From Mustelus asterias (taxonomy: Eukaryota), in assembly GCF_964213995.1 (NCBI RefSeq), contig NW_027591158.1, forward strand, positions 1 to 64,000: 64,000 nt of DNA. The letters run 5' to 3'. Shown here one piece after another: positions 39,409 to 50,576 of the stretch. The position numbers and the translations under genes were made by a program. Within the stretch, counting starts at the first letter, position 1, and every line of letters begins with the position of its first letter. The notes beneath the pieces were generated by a model. It made no database searches, was not told the DNA's origin, and saw nothing but the letters and a program-made list of their open reading frames with translations.

Positions 39409-39539
39409 ATCAGCAGCCTAACGGACAGGTATTAATGAGTAACATCCACGACTTAACATAATTAATACTTCGTGCTTTAAGTATACCGAGAATAAGCAGT
39501 CACCCAACTCTGCACCAGGAAATCTTTCACGTACCCAAA

Positions 39540-40032
39540 ACATAGAAACTAGAAGGAGGAGTAGGCCATTCGGCCCTTTGAGCCTTCTCCGCCATTCAGC
39601 GTGTTCATGGCTGATCATCGAATTCAATATTCTGATCCCCCCTTCCTCCCATTAACCGTTCAAATTTCTTCCTGAAATCAGGCAACGTTTTGGCCTCAAG
39701 TACATTCTGTGGTAATGAATTCCACACATTCATCACTTTCTGGGTGAAAATATTTATCCTCACCTCAGTTCTGAAAGGTTTACCCCTTATCCTCAAACTA
39801 TGACCCTCGTTCTGGACTCCCCTACCATTGGGAACATTCTTTCTGAAGCTACCCTGTCTAACCCTGTCAGAATTTTGTAAATTTTTATGAGATCCGTTCT
39901 CACTCTTCTAAACTCCAGTGAATATAATCCTAACAGAGTTAGCCTCTCCTCATATAACAAACCTGCCATCCCAGGAATCAGCCTGGTAAACCTTCGCTCT
40001 ACTCCCTCTATAGCAAGGACATCCTTCCTCAA
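39540..40032 (-). mobile_element. CR1-like LINE 3' fragment
   Basis: ERRFTRLIPGMAGLLYEERL; paralog of 9165-9622. Confidence 0.85.
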
Positions 40033-40416
40033 ATAGTAAAGTTCTGATTTCAATCAGTCAATCTTTCTTCTCCACAAATTTAAAATGGGACAATTCTGAA
40101 GCTGCATTTGATAATAGATCACTTTTAAACTGTGTCGCCTGACAGAAAGGCACCTGATCCGGATTTTTTTCTAAGTACAGATTAACGAAGTTATTCACCC
40201 GGGGTAATCTGCAAATTTGTGCGAATTTGATCGGAGAATGATTGGATTTGATCCGGGAATAATATGACCGCCAAATGTGACATTACTGATAATGGATGAG
40301 CTCTGCGGGGAATATCGTTCAGCTGGGGCTGTATTGTCCCCTTCCCTTTCTGGGCATTTTCGATGAGATCCGACTCTTTTTTCCTGACACAGAACACCTG
40401 ATTATCGACCTGCGCT

Positions 40417-40455
40417 AGTTTTTGTATGAGGCCCGCGGGAGCCTCATTCACTGTG
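40417..40455 (-). other. RSS of V9: CACAGTG-23-ACAAAAACT
   Basis: The + strand reads agtttttgt-23-cactgtg. Confidence 0.95.
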
Positions 40456-40938
40456 GGTCTCAGTGCACAGTAATACACGGCGCTGTCTGGCATCTTCAAA
40501 TCTTTCATTGACAAGTGAAAAGTGCTTTGTGTCTGGTTGAGGTTCCCGCTGAAATGTTCAAAGCCGGGAGCCGTATCGTTAAACCCATAACTATCGGCTC
40601 TGAGGAGATACTGAGGAGCTCGGTGTGGATACTGGCGATACCAGAACAGGTCATGTTGTATAGCTGAACTCGGTACAGAGTAACTGCAGGGTATTGCTGA
40701 ATCTTCACCCTCTGCTGCTTCAACTCTTGGTTCTGACTGGAACACTGAGTCTCCATTGCTCATCTCTGAAAATAAACAGCGGACGCACAGCGGGTTAGGA
40801 GACAGAGGAAGACGATAGTCACACAGAGCTGGGAAAGGGAAATTGCACAAGGGTTGAAATATACTTTACAATCTGTGACCAGAATCACTGACCTGGGATC
40901 AGAGCAATAACCAGGGTCAGGAACATTTTCACCCCCAT
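40456..40938 (-). CDS. TCR alpha/delta-type V segment V9 (leader 40938 or 40926 to 40893, V exon 40765-40456), inverted paralog of V1
   Basis: MGVKMFLTLVIALIP then G|gtcagt; the V domain differs from V1 at about 5 residues. Confidence 0.92.
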
Positions 40939-41596
40939 GGTTCCAATCTGAGCTCCAGAATTAGGGAGGGTGATCTCTGTCTGAACGGGACCTGGAATGT
41001 GAGAAATTGAAAGAGTTAGCAAGGTGTGACGCGATTGGCTGGGATTTATTTTCCTCGCCCATTTTTATATCTGCAAAAAGTCACTCTGCAGAAGGCGACT
41101 GTGATGTTTGGTAAGTGATCAGAGAGCGCCCTCCCGTGGACAGTACCAGCGCATTGGAAACAGATGCAGAACGAAGAGCCCAGATATGTACAGTCTGAGA
41201 AATATAAAGACCCAGAAATATCTAGTTCAGGTACAACACGGACAAGAGGAAATAGCCGCTCCACATCCACACCATTAATACCCCTTCGGGTTTTAAGGCT
41301 TTGAGAAAGTTATCTCTCAATCTTCGAAACTCAGTGGATACAAATCCAGCATCAGTACCCTTCTGCTTATCCAGAAAACCCGCTCATACCTGGTAATACC
41401 TTCTCTGGACGTTTGCTAACGCATTACCGTCTTTCTATAGATAAGGAATCAAGTATTGTGCACAATACTCCAGATGTGATCTCTCCAATGCCCTACACAA
41501 CGGAAACATACTGGAATTTAGAAGAATGGGTGGAGATCAAATTGAGGAATACAAGATGACAAAAGGTATGGATAAAGTAGACGTGGAGTAGACGAC

Positions 41597-41795
41597 GGCG
41601 GCACGGTAGCACAGTGGTTAGCACTGCTGCTTCCCAGCTCCAATGTCCCGGGTTCGATGCTCGGGTCACTGTCTGTGTGGAGTTTGCACATTCTCCTCGT
41701 GTCTGCGTGGGTTTCCTCCGGGTGCTCCGGTTTCCTCCCACAGTCCAAAGATGTGCGGGTTAGGTTGATGGGCCAGGTTTAAAACATTGCCCCTT
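41597..41795 (+). mobile_element. tRNA-derived SINE, 5' part
   Basis: ggcggcacggtagcacagtggttagcactgctgc...gggttcgat. Confidence 0.88.
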
Positions 41796-42346
41796 AGAGC
41801 TTCGCTGTACATGGTGGCAGCATCTGCCCGAGATTCTACACTAACCCCAGCAGACATGTCGATCATTTGGCTAAGATCAAGCGTTAGATCAAGCCCAATA
41901 TCAGGTGCACGGCCTTTTCTTGTCACCTCGGATCTTGGTTTTATATATATATATATCTTGCGGGGACCATGTCTTAGATTCAATTTGAATTGGTTTTTGC
42001 AGCAATTAAGAGATTCTGGCCTGTGCGCTCTGCGTATTGGCTTTGTAACGTTAAGGAATTACTATTTTTAATCCAGCAGACAGGAGCTCCCGGACACAAA
42101 GCAGAGTGCAATTGTGGGACTGCTTTCCATTATAAACTCAGGCGATGAGTTCTTCTGATCAACTGTTCAGAGTGCAAATTCTCCACCTGGAGATGGAGAG
42201 AGGTTTGGCTGCCTGGACGGTGCTGTTGCCGCTGCTTATCTCACCGATTGTCTGCTGACATGAGTAAGACTCCTTATGAGTGCAGCTCATCGGGATTAGC
42301 GAGGAGCAGAATAATACAAAATCACTCCATGTAATACCATAGGTGA

Positions 42347-43232
42347 AACAAAGAACAAAGAACAATACAGCACAGGAACAGGCCCTTCGGCCCTCCAAGC
42401 CCGCGCCGCTCCCCGGTCCAGGATTGAATCCTGAATCCAGGATCCCCGCCCAATTTTCCAGCCTATCTACATCCTAATATCCTATCCACCGAGCTGTCCC
42501 TCACAGCTACGATGCATTGTTCATCACAACCTATTAACTCACCCCCACCCCCCCATTCCAGACCATGTGATCTCCAGGGAGAGGCGAAAACCCAGAGTGA
42601 AAACCCCAGGGCCAATATGGGGAGAAAAAAACATCTGGGAAATTCCTCTCCGACCCCCTGTGGCGATCGAAACGAGTCCAGGAGATCACACTGGCCCTGA
42701 TCAGAAAATGCTTCCCAACCCTATTCATTTCCACTTCTGCTTTACGAACACCATCTGAATTCCCTGCCCCCGAGACAGGTTCCCAACTATCCGCAGTCTC
42801 GCTCTGTACTGGCACCAGCAAGATGATCATAGAATGAAGCCTTGAAACGAGAAACAAGGAACAATTAGCCCGCGCCGCTCCCTGGTCCAAACTAGACCAC
42901 TCTTTTGTATCCCTCCATTCCCACTCCATTCATATAGCTGTCTAGATAAGTCTTAAACGTTCCCAGTGTGTCCGCCTCCACCACCTTGCCCGGCAACACA
43001 TTCCAGGCCCCCACGACCATCTGTGTAAAATATGTCCTTCTGATATCTGTGTTAAACCTCCCCCCCTTCACCTTGAACCTATGACCCCTCGTGAACGTCA
43101 CCACCGACCCGGGGAAAAGCTTCCCACCGTTCACCCTATCTATGCCTTTCATAATTTTATACACCTCTATTAAGTCTCCCCTCATCCTCCGTCTTTCCAA
43201 GGAGAACAACCCCAGTTTCCCCAATCTCTCCT
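42347..43232 (-). mobile_element. CR1-clade LINE 3' fragment, same young subfamily as 23900-25710
   Basis: Near-identical to 24830-25705 in reverse. Confidence 0.93.
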
Positions 43233-44685
43233 TTAAAAATAAACAACTTGTCACTCTGTCTTATCATTTGAGGACAGTAGATAATTTCCATGACTCAGAT
43301 TTGAAATACACCTTCAAACAGGAATTGATCATATTGGAGTGTTTTTAAACGTTAGGTTGAAATTACGATTGGGAAATGAGATTAAATGCGTTGATTCCAC
43401 AATTGCCTCTCTGAAATTCCCCCTCCCACCCCCAGGCTACACAGCACATTGTCGCTGTCCGCTCTGTAAAAGGGAAGCTGAAGTAAGAGAAGTCTCGATC
43501 TCATCTGCACTCTCGTTAATCTGCTCTAGTTTGATTGCATCCTCATGTTATTCGCATGTTTCCCCTGTAACTCCATCTGTTTTTCCTAATCTGTGCCTTG
43601 ACTTCTATCACGATCTCGGCCTCGAGTTCACCCACTGTCTTTCCATTCGTTCATTTTCATTCCTTAACACAACATAATATAACATAGTACATGATACCGA
43701 CAGGATTATTTCCGAGAGCTTCTGGATGCCCGAGGAAACCAGACCAGCAGCATAACCGCCTCGTAAAGCTTCCCGGACCCGCTGCAGTAAACACACAAAC
43801 ATGGTGAGGCACCGCCATCTGGCGGCAATCTGAGGTAACTGGTCATTTCCTGGAAAATCAACCTGTCAGGCGGAGTGAGAACAGGAAATCGGTTAATTTT
43901 TAACTGTTCTCTTCCTTTTATTCCTTTATTGTCTTTCCTATCCGCCTCCTACGCTTTCCCCTTTCCATTTCTTTCCTCCTCCTTTGCTTCCCTTTCCCCC
44001 CATTTTCTCAATTTTACCTCTTTTCCACCCATCTCCCCCCTCCCTCCTTATCTTCATCTGTCACAGCTTACCCTCTGATTTCAGTTTCTCTGTCGTTTGG
44101 CCATTCACACCTACTATTCTCTCTTTGGACTGCCATTTGCAGCTTTTCCCTTTGTTTTTGTGGCTATGACTCATATTTCATTCCCTCACCAAAAAGTATA
44201 AACATCTCCCACTTCTCATGCCTTTTAGCTTTGACAAAGGGTCATCCGGACTCGAAACGTCAGCTCTTTTCTCTCCTTATAGGTGCTGCCAAAGCAGCAG
44301 AGATATTCCAGCATTTTTCTTTTGGTTTCAGATTCCAGCATCAACAGTAATTTGCTTTTATTTTAAATTAGTTAATGGTGTTCCTGAATCATAGCCGGAG
44401 CCCAAATTAAAAGAGCTGATCTGGAACTGTGAAAACTCCCCGTAGCTGATGCAGGAGGCCACTGAGTCCTGAGAGAATTGAATACAACAATGTGGTAAAT
44501 AGCCAAACACCATCTTTTAAATGGGATGAATGGAGGGCTAGAATTAGCTATTTAATAGATTTACGCAGAATGAGAGTGGATGGACATTCCATGTAGACCC
44601 TGACCTTAGGATCTCGATCACTTGCAATATTCGCAGCATTGTTACACAAAAAATCGTGTTCACGGTAAAGGGGTGGTTCGTCCAA

Positions 44686-45286
44686 ACTATGTTTCTGCAT
44701 TTGTTCCTTCAATCAACTTTTCTTCAATAAAGACACGCGCTCCGATAATGAACTTAATACAATGTCCTTCTGCCCTCTCCTAGTGGAAAAAAAGCACTAC
44801 AATATACAACTTTAATCGGTATTTTGTCAGAATTAACACTGGCTCTGTTTCATGATGTTAGATCCAGTTTCCACTATTCCCCCCAACCCGCATCTTGTAT
44901 TAGAAATAGATTTTATGTCATCCATTCTACTTCTACCTGAACTCCTGAAGATAGAGGTGGAGTGACACAATATCCATGATCCGCTCTAAAAAGATTGTTG
45001 GAACATCGGATGATCAATGAGTTCCAACAATGAAAATCAGATTTAATACCACCAGGCGCAATCAAAAAGAAAAGAAAGTAAAAATATACTTCATACTGAG
45101 GAGAATGATCAGCAGTTGTTGGAATCAATCTTGATTCCAAAATGAAACAGGTTGTTTTAAAGCTGTATATTGTAGTGCTTTTTTTCCACCAGGAGAGGGC
45201 AGAAGGACATTGCATTAAGTTCATTATCGGAGCGCGTGTCTTTATTGAAGAAAATTTGATTGAAGGAACAAATGCAGAAACATAGT
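44686..45286. repeat. Inverted repeat with 130-bp arms (44686-44815 and 45157-45286)
   Basis: actatgtttctgcatttg...aatatacaactttaa pairs with ttaaagctgtatatt...gcagaaacatagt with few mismatches. Confidence 0.9.
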
Positions 45287-45927
45287 GTTAACACTGATAA
45301 CAAACTTATTATTTTTTAAAATATTCTTATGAGTTGTCAATGTTGCCACTCCTGTAGTTATGTACCAACTATTCGATGGATAGACTAGTTCCCATTGCAC
45401 AAGTTCCCAAATTATCCAACGATATTTTAGGACTAACATCAGGACCTTCTTCTTGTCAGACCGGGACTGGTCACAGTGTGGAATGAAACTTCAGAAAGAA
45501 CGAGAGAGCAAAATGCACTGAAATCGTTGGATCGTAGAACAGAAGGAACGTTGTAAGCTCTCCCGCAATGAAAGAGCTATAACAAGAAGGAGGAAACAGC
45601 TCTTCTCATTTATAACTATCTCGTGAACTGCAACTTGTCGAAGATCCAAGTGAAGAATTGCACCCTGGAATTACCAGTATTCACCAGTAGAGAGCAGTGT
45701 GTCGCGTGAGAAATATTTAATCTGGGCGTGTCAGGTGTGTCCTCAGAGGTTGTGTGGGTCTGTGTCAGTGTGAAACGCTCAGTATGGGTGGCTAAAGTAG
45801 AACCCGCCTAATGTTGTCAGTTCAACATAAACACGGCACTGAACTGAACCCGAAGAGAATACTTGGTTCCGGGTTAATTTCCATCTCCTGGTTCAAAGCT
45901 GATCTCGGTGTTGTGTGTGAACTGAGA

Positions 45928-46260
45928 ATGGTCAGGATTGGCATCGACGTTTTGTTGTTTATCACTCTGATCTGCACGGGGATGACCGGAGAAGCTGAGT
46001 TGCTGCAGCTCCCTCCACGGATGGTTATCAGTGAAGCGAGAAATATATCCATGAACTGCACTATTTCCATTACGTTTGACATCGTGCGTTGGTACAAACA
46101 GCTCCCGAATCAGTCACCCCAGCATCTGGTGATGGCCACAAGAGGAACCGATCAACACGGGAGGATCACTGCTTCGATCGGTGAAGGCAGCAAACTCAGC
46201 ATCCTGACTGTGAGGGACGTACAGGTTTCAGACACTGCCACCTATCTCTGCGCCGTGAGG
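45928..46260 (+). CDS. TCR V segment V10, single-exon leader+V (paralog of V7)
   Basis: MVRIGIDVLLFITLICTGMTG-EAELLQ...MNC...WYKQLP...SDTATYLCAVR with no intron. Confidence 0.88.
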
Positions 46261-46299
46261 CACAGTGTAAAAAACACAGGCAGGTCCCGTGCCAAAACC
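46261..46299 (+). other. RSS of V10: CACAGTG-23-GCCAAAACC
   Basis: Counted directly. Confidence 0.9.
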
Positions 46300-46929
46300 T
46301 GCACCGCTTTCAAAAACCGCTCCGCAGAAATATCAGTGTTTCAACAAGCGCGGTATTAAATTCCAATGGTAAGGGGAATGAGAGCGAAACATTTCTTGAA
46401 TCAGAAAATTTTAAAAAGCTTAAAATGAAGAGAGTTGGGAATGTATTCAAAGAAAATGGAAGAGGTTACATGCAAATCAGAATGAAAGAAAGACAAAGCG
46501 AAAAAGTGCAGTAAGAATACGTAAAGAGCCGGACTGTATGACCTGAAGCCAACAGACAGCACGGCCTCCCAGTCTTTCCTGTCGTCTATCACACAAGTCT
46601 TGGACGACGGCGAGCGGGAGAGCCTGACAGACCGGTAGCTCTGGATGAGCTGACAAAGTCCCGTGTCTGCGTGGGTCTCCTCCGGGTGCTCCAGTTTCCT
46701 TCAACAGTCCAAAGATGTGCAGGTTAGTTTGATTGGCCATGATAAATTGACCCTAGTGTCAGGGGGATTAGCGGGGCAAATGTATGAGGCTACGGGACTA
46801 GGGCCTGGGTAGACTTGCGATAGGTACAGACTCGGTGGGCCGAATGGCATTTTTCTGTACTGTACAAATTCTATGATCTATGATTCTATTATGTGGATAT
46901 GTGCCAGTCTTTCCAGGTGACCGTGCGTG

Positions 46930-47533
46930 AACCTGTTTCCAATATGCGGCAGTGCTGTCCACGGGAGGGCGCTCTCTGATCACTTATGAAAAATCACGAT
47001 TCCCTTCAGAGGGAGCGACTTTTTGGTTGACTTTGGTTGACTTTTTGGTTCGGTTGATTGGCCATGCTAAAATTGCCCTTAGTGTCCTGAGATGTGTAGG
47101 TTAGAGGGATTAGTGGGTAAATATGTAGGGATATGGAGGTAGGGCCTGGGTGGGATTGTGGTCGGTGCAGACTCGATGGGCCGAATGGCCTCTTTCTGTC
47201 CTGTAGGGTTTCTTTTCTATGATTGAAGATGTAAAAATGGGCGGAGAGACGGAGTCACTTTCGACCTCATAACATCCCCCTGACTGTTTCAACTTCTCCA
47301 TTTCCAGGTCTTATGCAGACAGTGATCACTGCCTCTGTTTCTGGTGTTCAGACTGGAACTATGGGGGTGAAAGTCTGTCTGTCTCTGGCTATTGTCCTGA
47401 TCACAGGTTGGTCATTTTGAACCTTTGACTGAAATCCGCCAATCACCATATTCATTGCCCATTTCCATTTCTAGGCGATTATTCCGTTGTTGTTACTCCT
47501 TCTAACCCGCTGCGTGTCTGTTGTCTATTTTCA
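46930..47533 (+). pseudogene. Orphan V1-family promoter, leader (47361-47406) and intron; V exon missing
   Basis: Homologous to 8015-8413; MGVKVCLSLAIVLIT then G|gttggt; SINE piece inserted at about 47045-47225. Confidence 0.8.
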
Positions 47534-48006
47534 CTCAGTTATCCAGCCTGCAGACACACCAGCGAGTTCACACTGGGGAGAGGCCGTTCACCTGCTCTCA
47601 GTGTGGGGTGGGATTCACTCAGTCATCCCACCTGTGGATACACCAGCGAGTTCACACTGGGGAGAGGCCCTTCACCTGCTCTCAGTGTGGGGTGGGATTC
47701 ACTCAGTCATCCCACCTGTGGATACACCAGCGAGTTCACACTGGGGAGAGGCCGTTCACCTGCTCTCAGTGTGGGAAGGGATTCTGTGATTCATCCAGCC
47801 TGCTGAGACACCAGCGAGTTCACACTGGGGAGAGGTCATTCACCTGCTCTCAGTGTGGGAAGGGATTCTGTGATTCATCCAGCCTGCTGAGACACCAGCG
47901 AGTTCACACTGGGGAGAGGGCATTCACCTGCTCTCAGTGTGGGAAGGGATTCTGTGATTCATCCAGCCTGCTGAGACACCAGCGAGTTCACACTGGGGAG
48001 AGACCA
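47530..48006 (+). pseudogene. C2H2 zinc-finger array fragment (5 full and 1 partial finger, 84-bp repeats)
   Basis: ([28 protein letters not shown])n; no ATG in frame; both ends abut V-derived sequence. Confidence 0.85.
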
Positions 48007-48284
48007 CTTTTATAAATGACAGTTACTGCAGTAAAGCAGTGTCCTGTTTTTTGGACAATTGATTTGTTCACACGTGACCCGGAAGAGAAGCAGCTTCGGA
48101 TCAACAACCCACATCCTGATACCGGAAGCACGGAGTCTGATTCCAGCCAATCAGATTGCAGAAAACCCAAGTGTCTGAAACTTTATCTGGTGCATATGTT
48201 GAGACGTTGATTCAATCCATGGTCTTCTGCTGTGAGCTGTGCTCCGTATTCTTACTGACATTGTTATTATATCACACGGTGCAA

Positions 48285-48694
48285 ATGAAACTGTTCCTTA
48301 TCATTCTGGTGGTGTTAACTTGTAAGCGCAGGATATTTATTTCTGGAGCTATTTATTTATAATAATTTTGCTCCAGTGTCTCACTGTATGAATGTTTTTT
48401 TATAGATCGGTGTCGCTCGGACCAAGTTTCACAAACTCCCACAGCGAGAACAGTCCAGAGCGGGGATTCGGCGCTGATAAACTGCAGTTATGAGATGTCC
48501 AGCATTGATGGAATGTATTGGTACAGACAAAAACCCGGTCAGGGACTGGAGTGGATAATAAGCAGATCATCGAATGGCAAAGAGAGAAAAGACCGGTTCG
48601 AATTGGAACTTTCCACTGCGGGCAAACGGGGCCAGTTGGTTATTGGAAACACGGAGAGCGCGGATGCCGCTCTGTATTACTGTGCGATAGAGCC
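48285..48694 (+). CDS. TCR alpha/delta-type V segment V11 (leader 48285-48321, V exon 48406-48694), inverted duplicate of V8
   Basis: MKLFLIILVVLT then T|gtaagc; ...INC...WYRQKPGQGLEWII...YYCAIEP. Confidence 0.92.
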
Positions 48695-48733
48695 CACACT
48701 GAGAGGAAAGACGCTCGTCACTGTACAAAAACC
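48695..48733 (+). other. RSS of V11: CACACTG-23-ACAAAAACC
   Basis: Counted directly. Confidence 0.93.
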
Positions 48734-49343
48734 TCACGCCTGTTTTCAGTTGCTGCAGCAATCCTACAAATAGCAGACTGCAGGCAATAGCTGCCAGAAC
48801 TAGAGCAGGAAATGGAGCAGGTGAGCGGGGTTACCCGGGGCTTTACAATTCCTGACAGCGACTTCGCTTTTCTCAGACATATTGACAGTCATGATGTAAC
48901 TAATCCGATTGAAGAAACAGTCGCTCAGTGAGTGTGGGCTTTATGGTGAGGAAATCATCCGCATTCTTTAATTTAAACATGATACTACACTGTCTGGAAT
49001 CAGACATTTGGTCTCTGCAAAAATGTTTATCAATGATTTGGATGTGGGGACCTAATGTAATATTTCCAAGTTTGCGGATGACACAAAGCTAGGTGGGAAT
49101 GTGAGTTGTGAGGAAAATGCAAAGTGGCTTCAAGAGGATTTGGACAGACATTGTCTCTCAGTGCCTCTCTCAATCTGGCTCTCTTTCTCTCACTCCCCTT
49201 GACTCTGTCATCTGTTGGTCTCTGCATCTCTCGCTCCCTGTGTCTAACCATCCTCTGAGGCTTGTAACTCTTTACAATGTTGATGTCCTGTTTTGACGGT
49301 GGACTAAAATTGCAGATGCCCACATTCCCATATTGACCATAAG

Positions 49344-50018
49344 TGGCACGGTGGCACAGTGGGTTAGCACTGCTACCTCACAGCGTCAGGGACCTGGGTT
49401 CGGTTCCAGGCTCGAGTCCCTGTCTGTGCGGAGTTTGCACGTTCTCCCCGTGTCTGTGTGGGTTTCCTCCGCGTGCTCTGGTTTCCTCACACATTCCGAA
49501 ATACGTGCTGGTTCGGTGCACTGGCCTTGCCAGATTCATCCGCTGTGTACCGGAACAGGCGCCAGGGTGTGGTGGCTGGGGGACTCTCACAGCTACTTCA
49601 TTGCAGTGTTAATGTAAGTCTAAATGTAACTAATAAATAAACTTTAACTTAGAACAAAGTAAGCATAAATTACATTTAAAATATGAGCATACATGTTTTA
49701 TAAGGCGGCACGGTAGCACAGTGGTTAGCACTGCTGCTTCACAGCTCCAGGGACTTGGGTTCGATTCCCGGCTTGGGTCACTGTCTGGAGTTTGCACATT
49801 CTCCTCGTGTCTGCATGGGTTTCCTCCCACAGTCCAAAGATGTGCGGCTTAGGTTGATAGGCTATGCTGAAAAATTGCCCTTAGTGTCCTGGGATGCGTG
49901 GATTAGTGGGTAAATATGTAAGGATGTGGGGATAGGGCCTGGGTGGGATTGTGGTCAGTGCAGACTCGATGGGCCGAATGGCCTCTTTCTGTGCTGTAGA
50001 GTTTCTAAGATTTCTAAG
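49344..50018 (+). mobile_element. Two adjacent tRNA-derived SINEs (49344-49645 and 49703-50018)
   Basis: Each starts ggcacggt(g/a)gcacagt..ttagcactgct; they have different 3' tails. Confidence 0.85.
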
Positions 50019-50199
50019 ATAAGCATAGTTATTTATTTAATTCTCTTATTGCATCCACATATTTGTAAAGTATTTGTTTCATTCCCTTATTATCCTTGTT
50101 TCAAGAATCATTTAACTCTTTGTTTGTAGTGTCTTATGTATTCTGTCAAAAACATTGTAAATTGGTTAATAATTTTCCCCTTCAGCCGTATTTCAGATA

Positions 50200-50570
50200 A
50201 GCACTGGAGTTGGGACGTCTTGTTGAAGTTGGACAAGACATTGGTAAGGTCACACTTGGAATTCTGTGTACAGTTCTGGTCACCCTATTATAGAAAGGAT
50301 ATTATTAAATTAGAAGGACTGCAGAAAAGATTTACGAGGATGCGACCGGGACTTGATTGTTTGAGTTATAAGGAGAGGCTGGATAGACTGGGACTTTTTT
50401 CTCTGGAGCGTAGGAGGCTGAGGTGTGATGTTATAGAGGTCTATAAAATAATGAGGGGCACAGATCAGCTCGATAGTCAATATATTTTCCCAAAGATAAG
50501 GAAGTCTAAAACCAGAGGGCATAGGTTTAAGGTGAGAGGGGAGAGATACAAAAGTTCCAGAGGGGCAATT
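50200..50570 (+). mobile_element. CR1-like LINE fragment
   Basis: KTLVRSHLEFCVQFWSP...TRGHRFKVRGERYK. Confidence 0.88.
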
Positions 50571-50576
50571 TATAAT

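Noticed and set aside
41790-42250. Possible decayed V pseudogene on - (SSGNSTVQ...TLNS; ADAATMYSEALR)
   Set aside because: No conserved Cys or Trp, spacing too long and no RSS; the resemblance could be chance. A profile-HMM search would settle it.
47521-48015. Functional stand-alone zinc-finger gene
   Set aside because: It starts mid-finger, has no in-frame ATG, and the upstream leader splices into a different frame.
36971-48694. V8/V11 as IgH-like V (TAILV) because of the GQGLEWI motif
   Set aside because: The short CDR2, CAI(Q/E)P end, TCR-like FR1 and lack of adjacent D segments fit a TCR V better.
8254-48733. NAR-TCR cassette or D/J/C segments
   Set aside because: By eye I found no leaderless supporting V, no 12-RSS-flanked D or FGxG J, and no C1 exon. 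A systematic RSS scan was not possible.
9715-50018. tRNA genes (A/B boxes)
   Set aside because: All are heads of tRNA-derived SINEs continuing into SINE body and tail.
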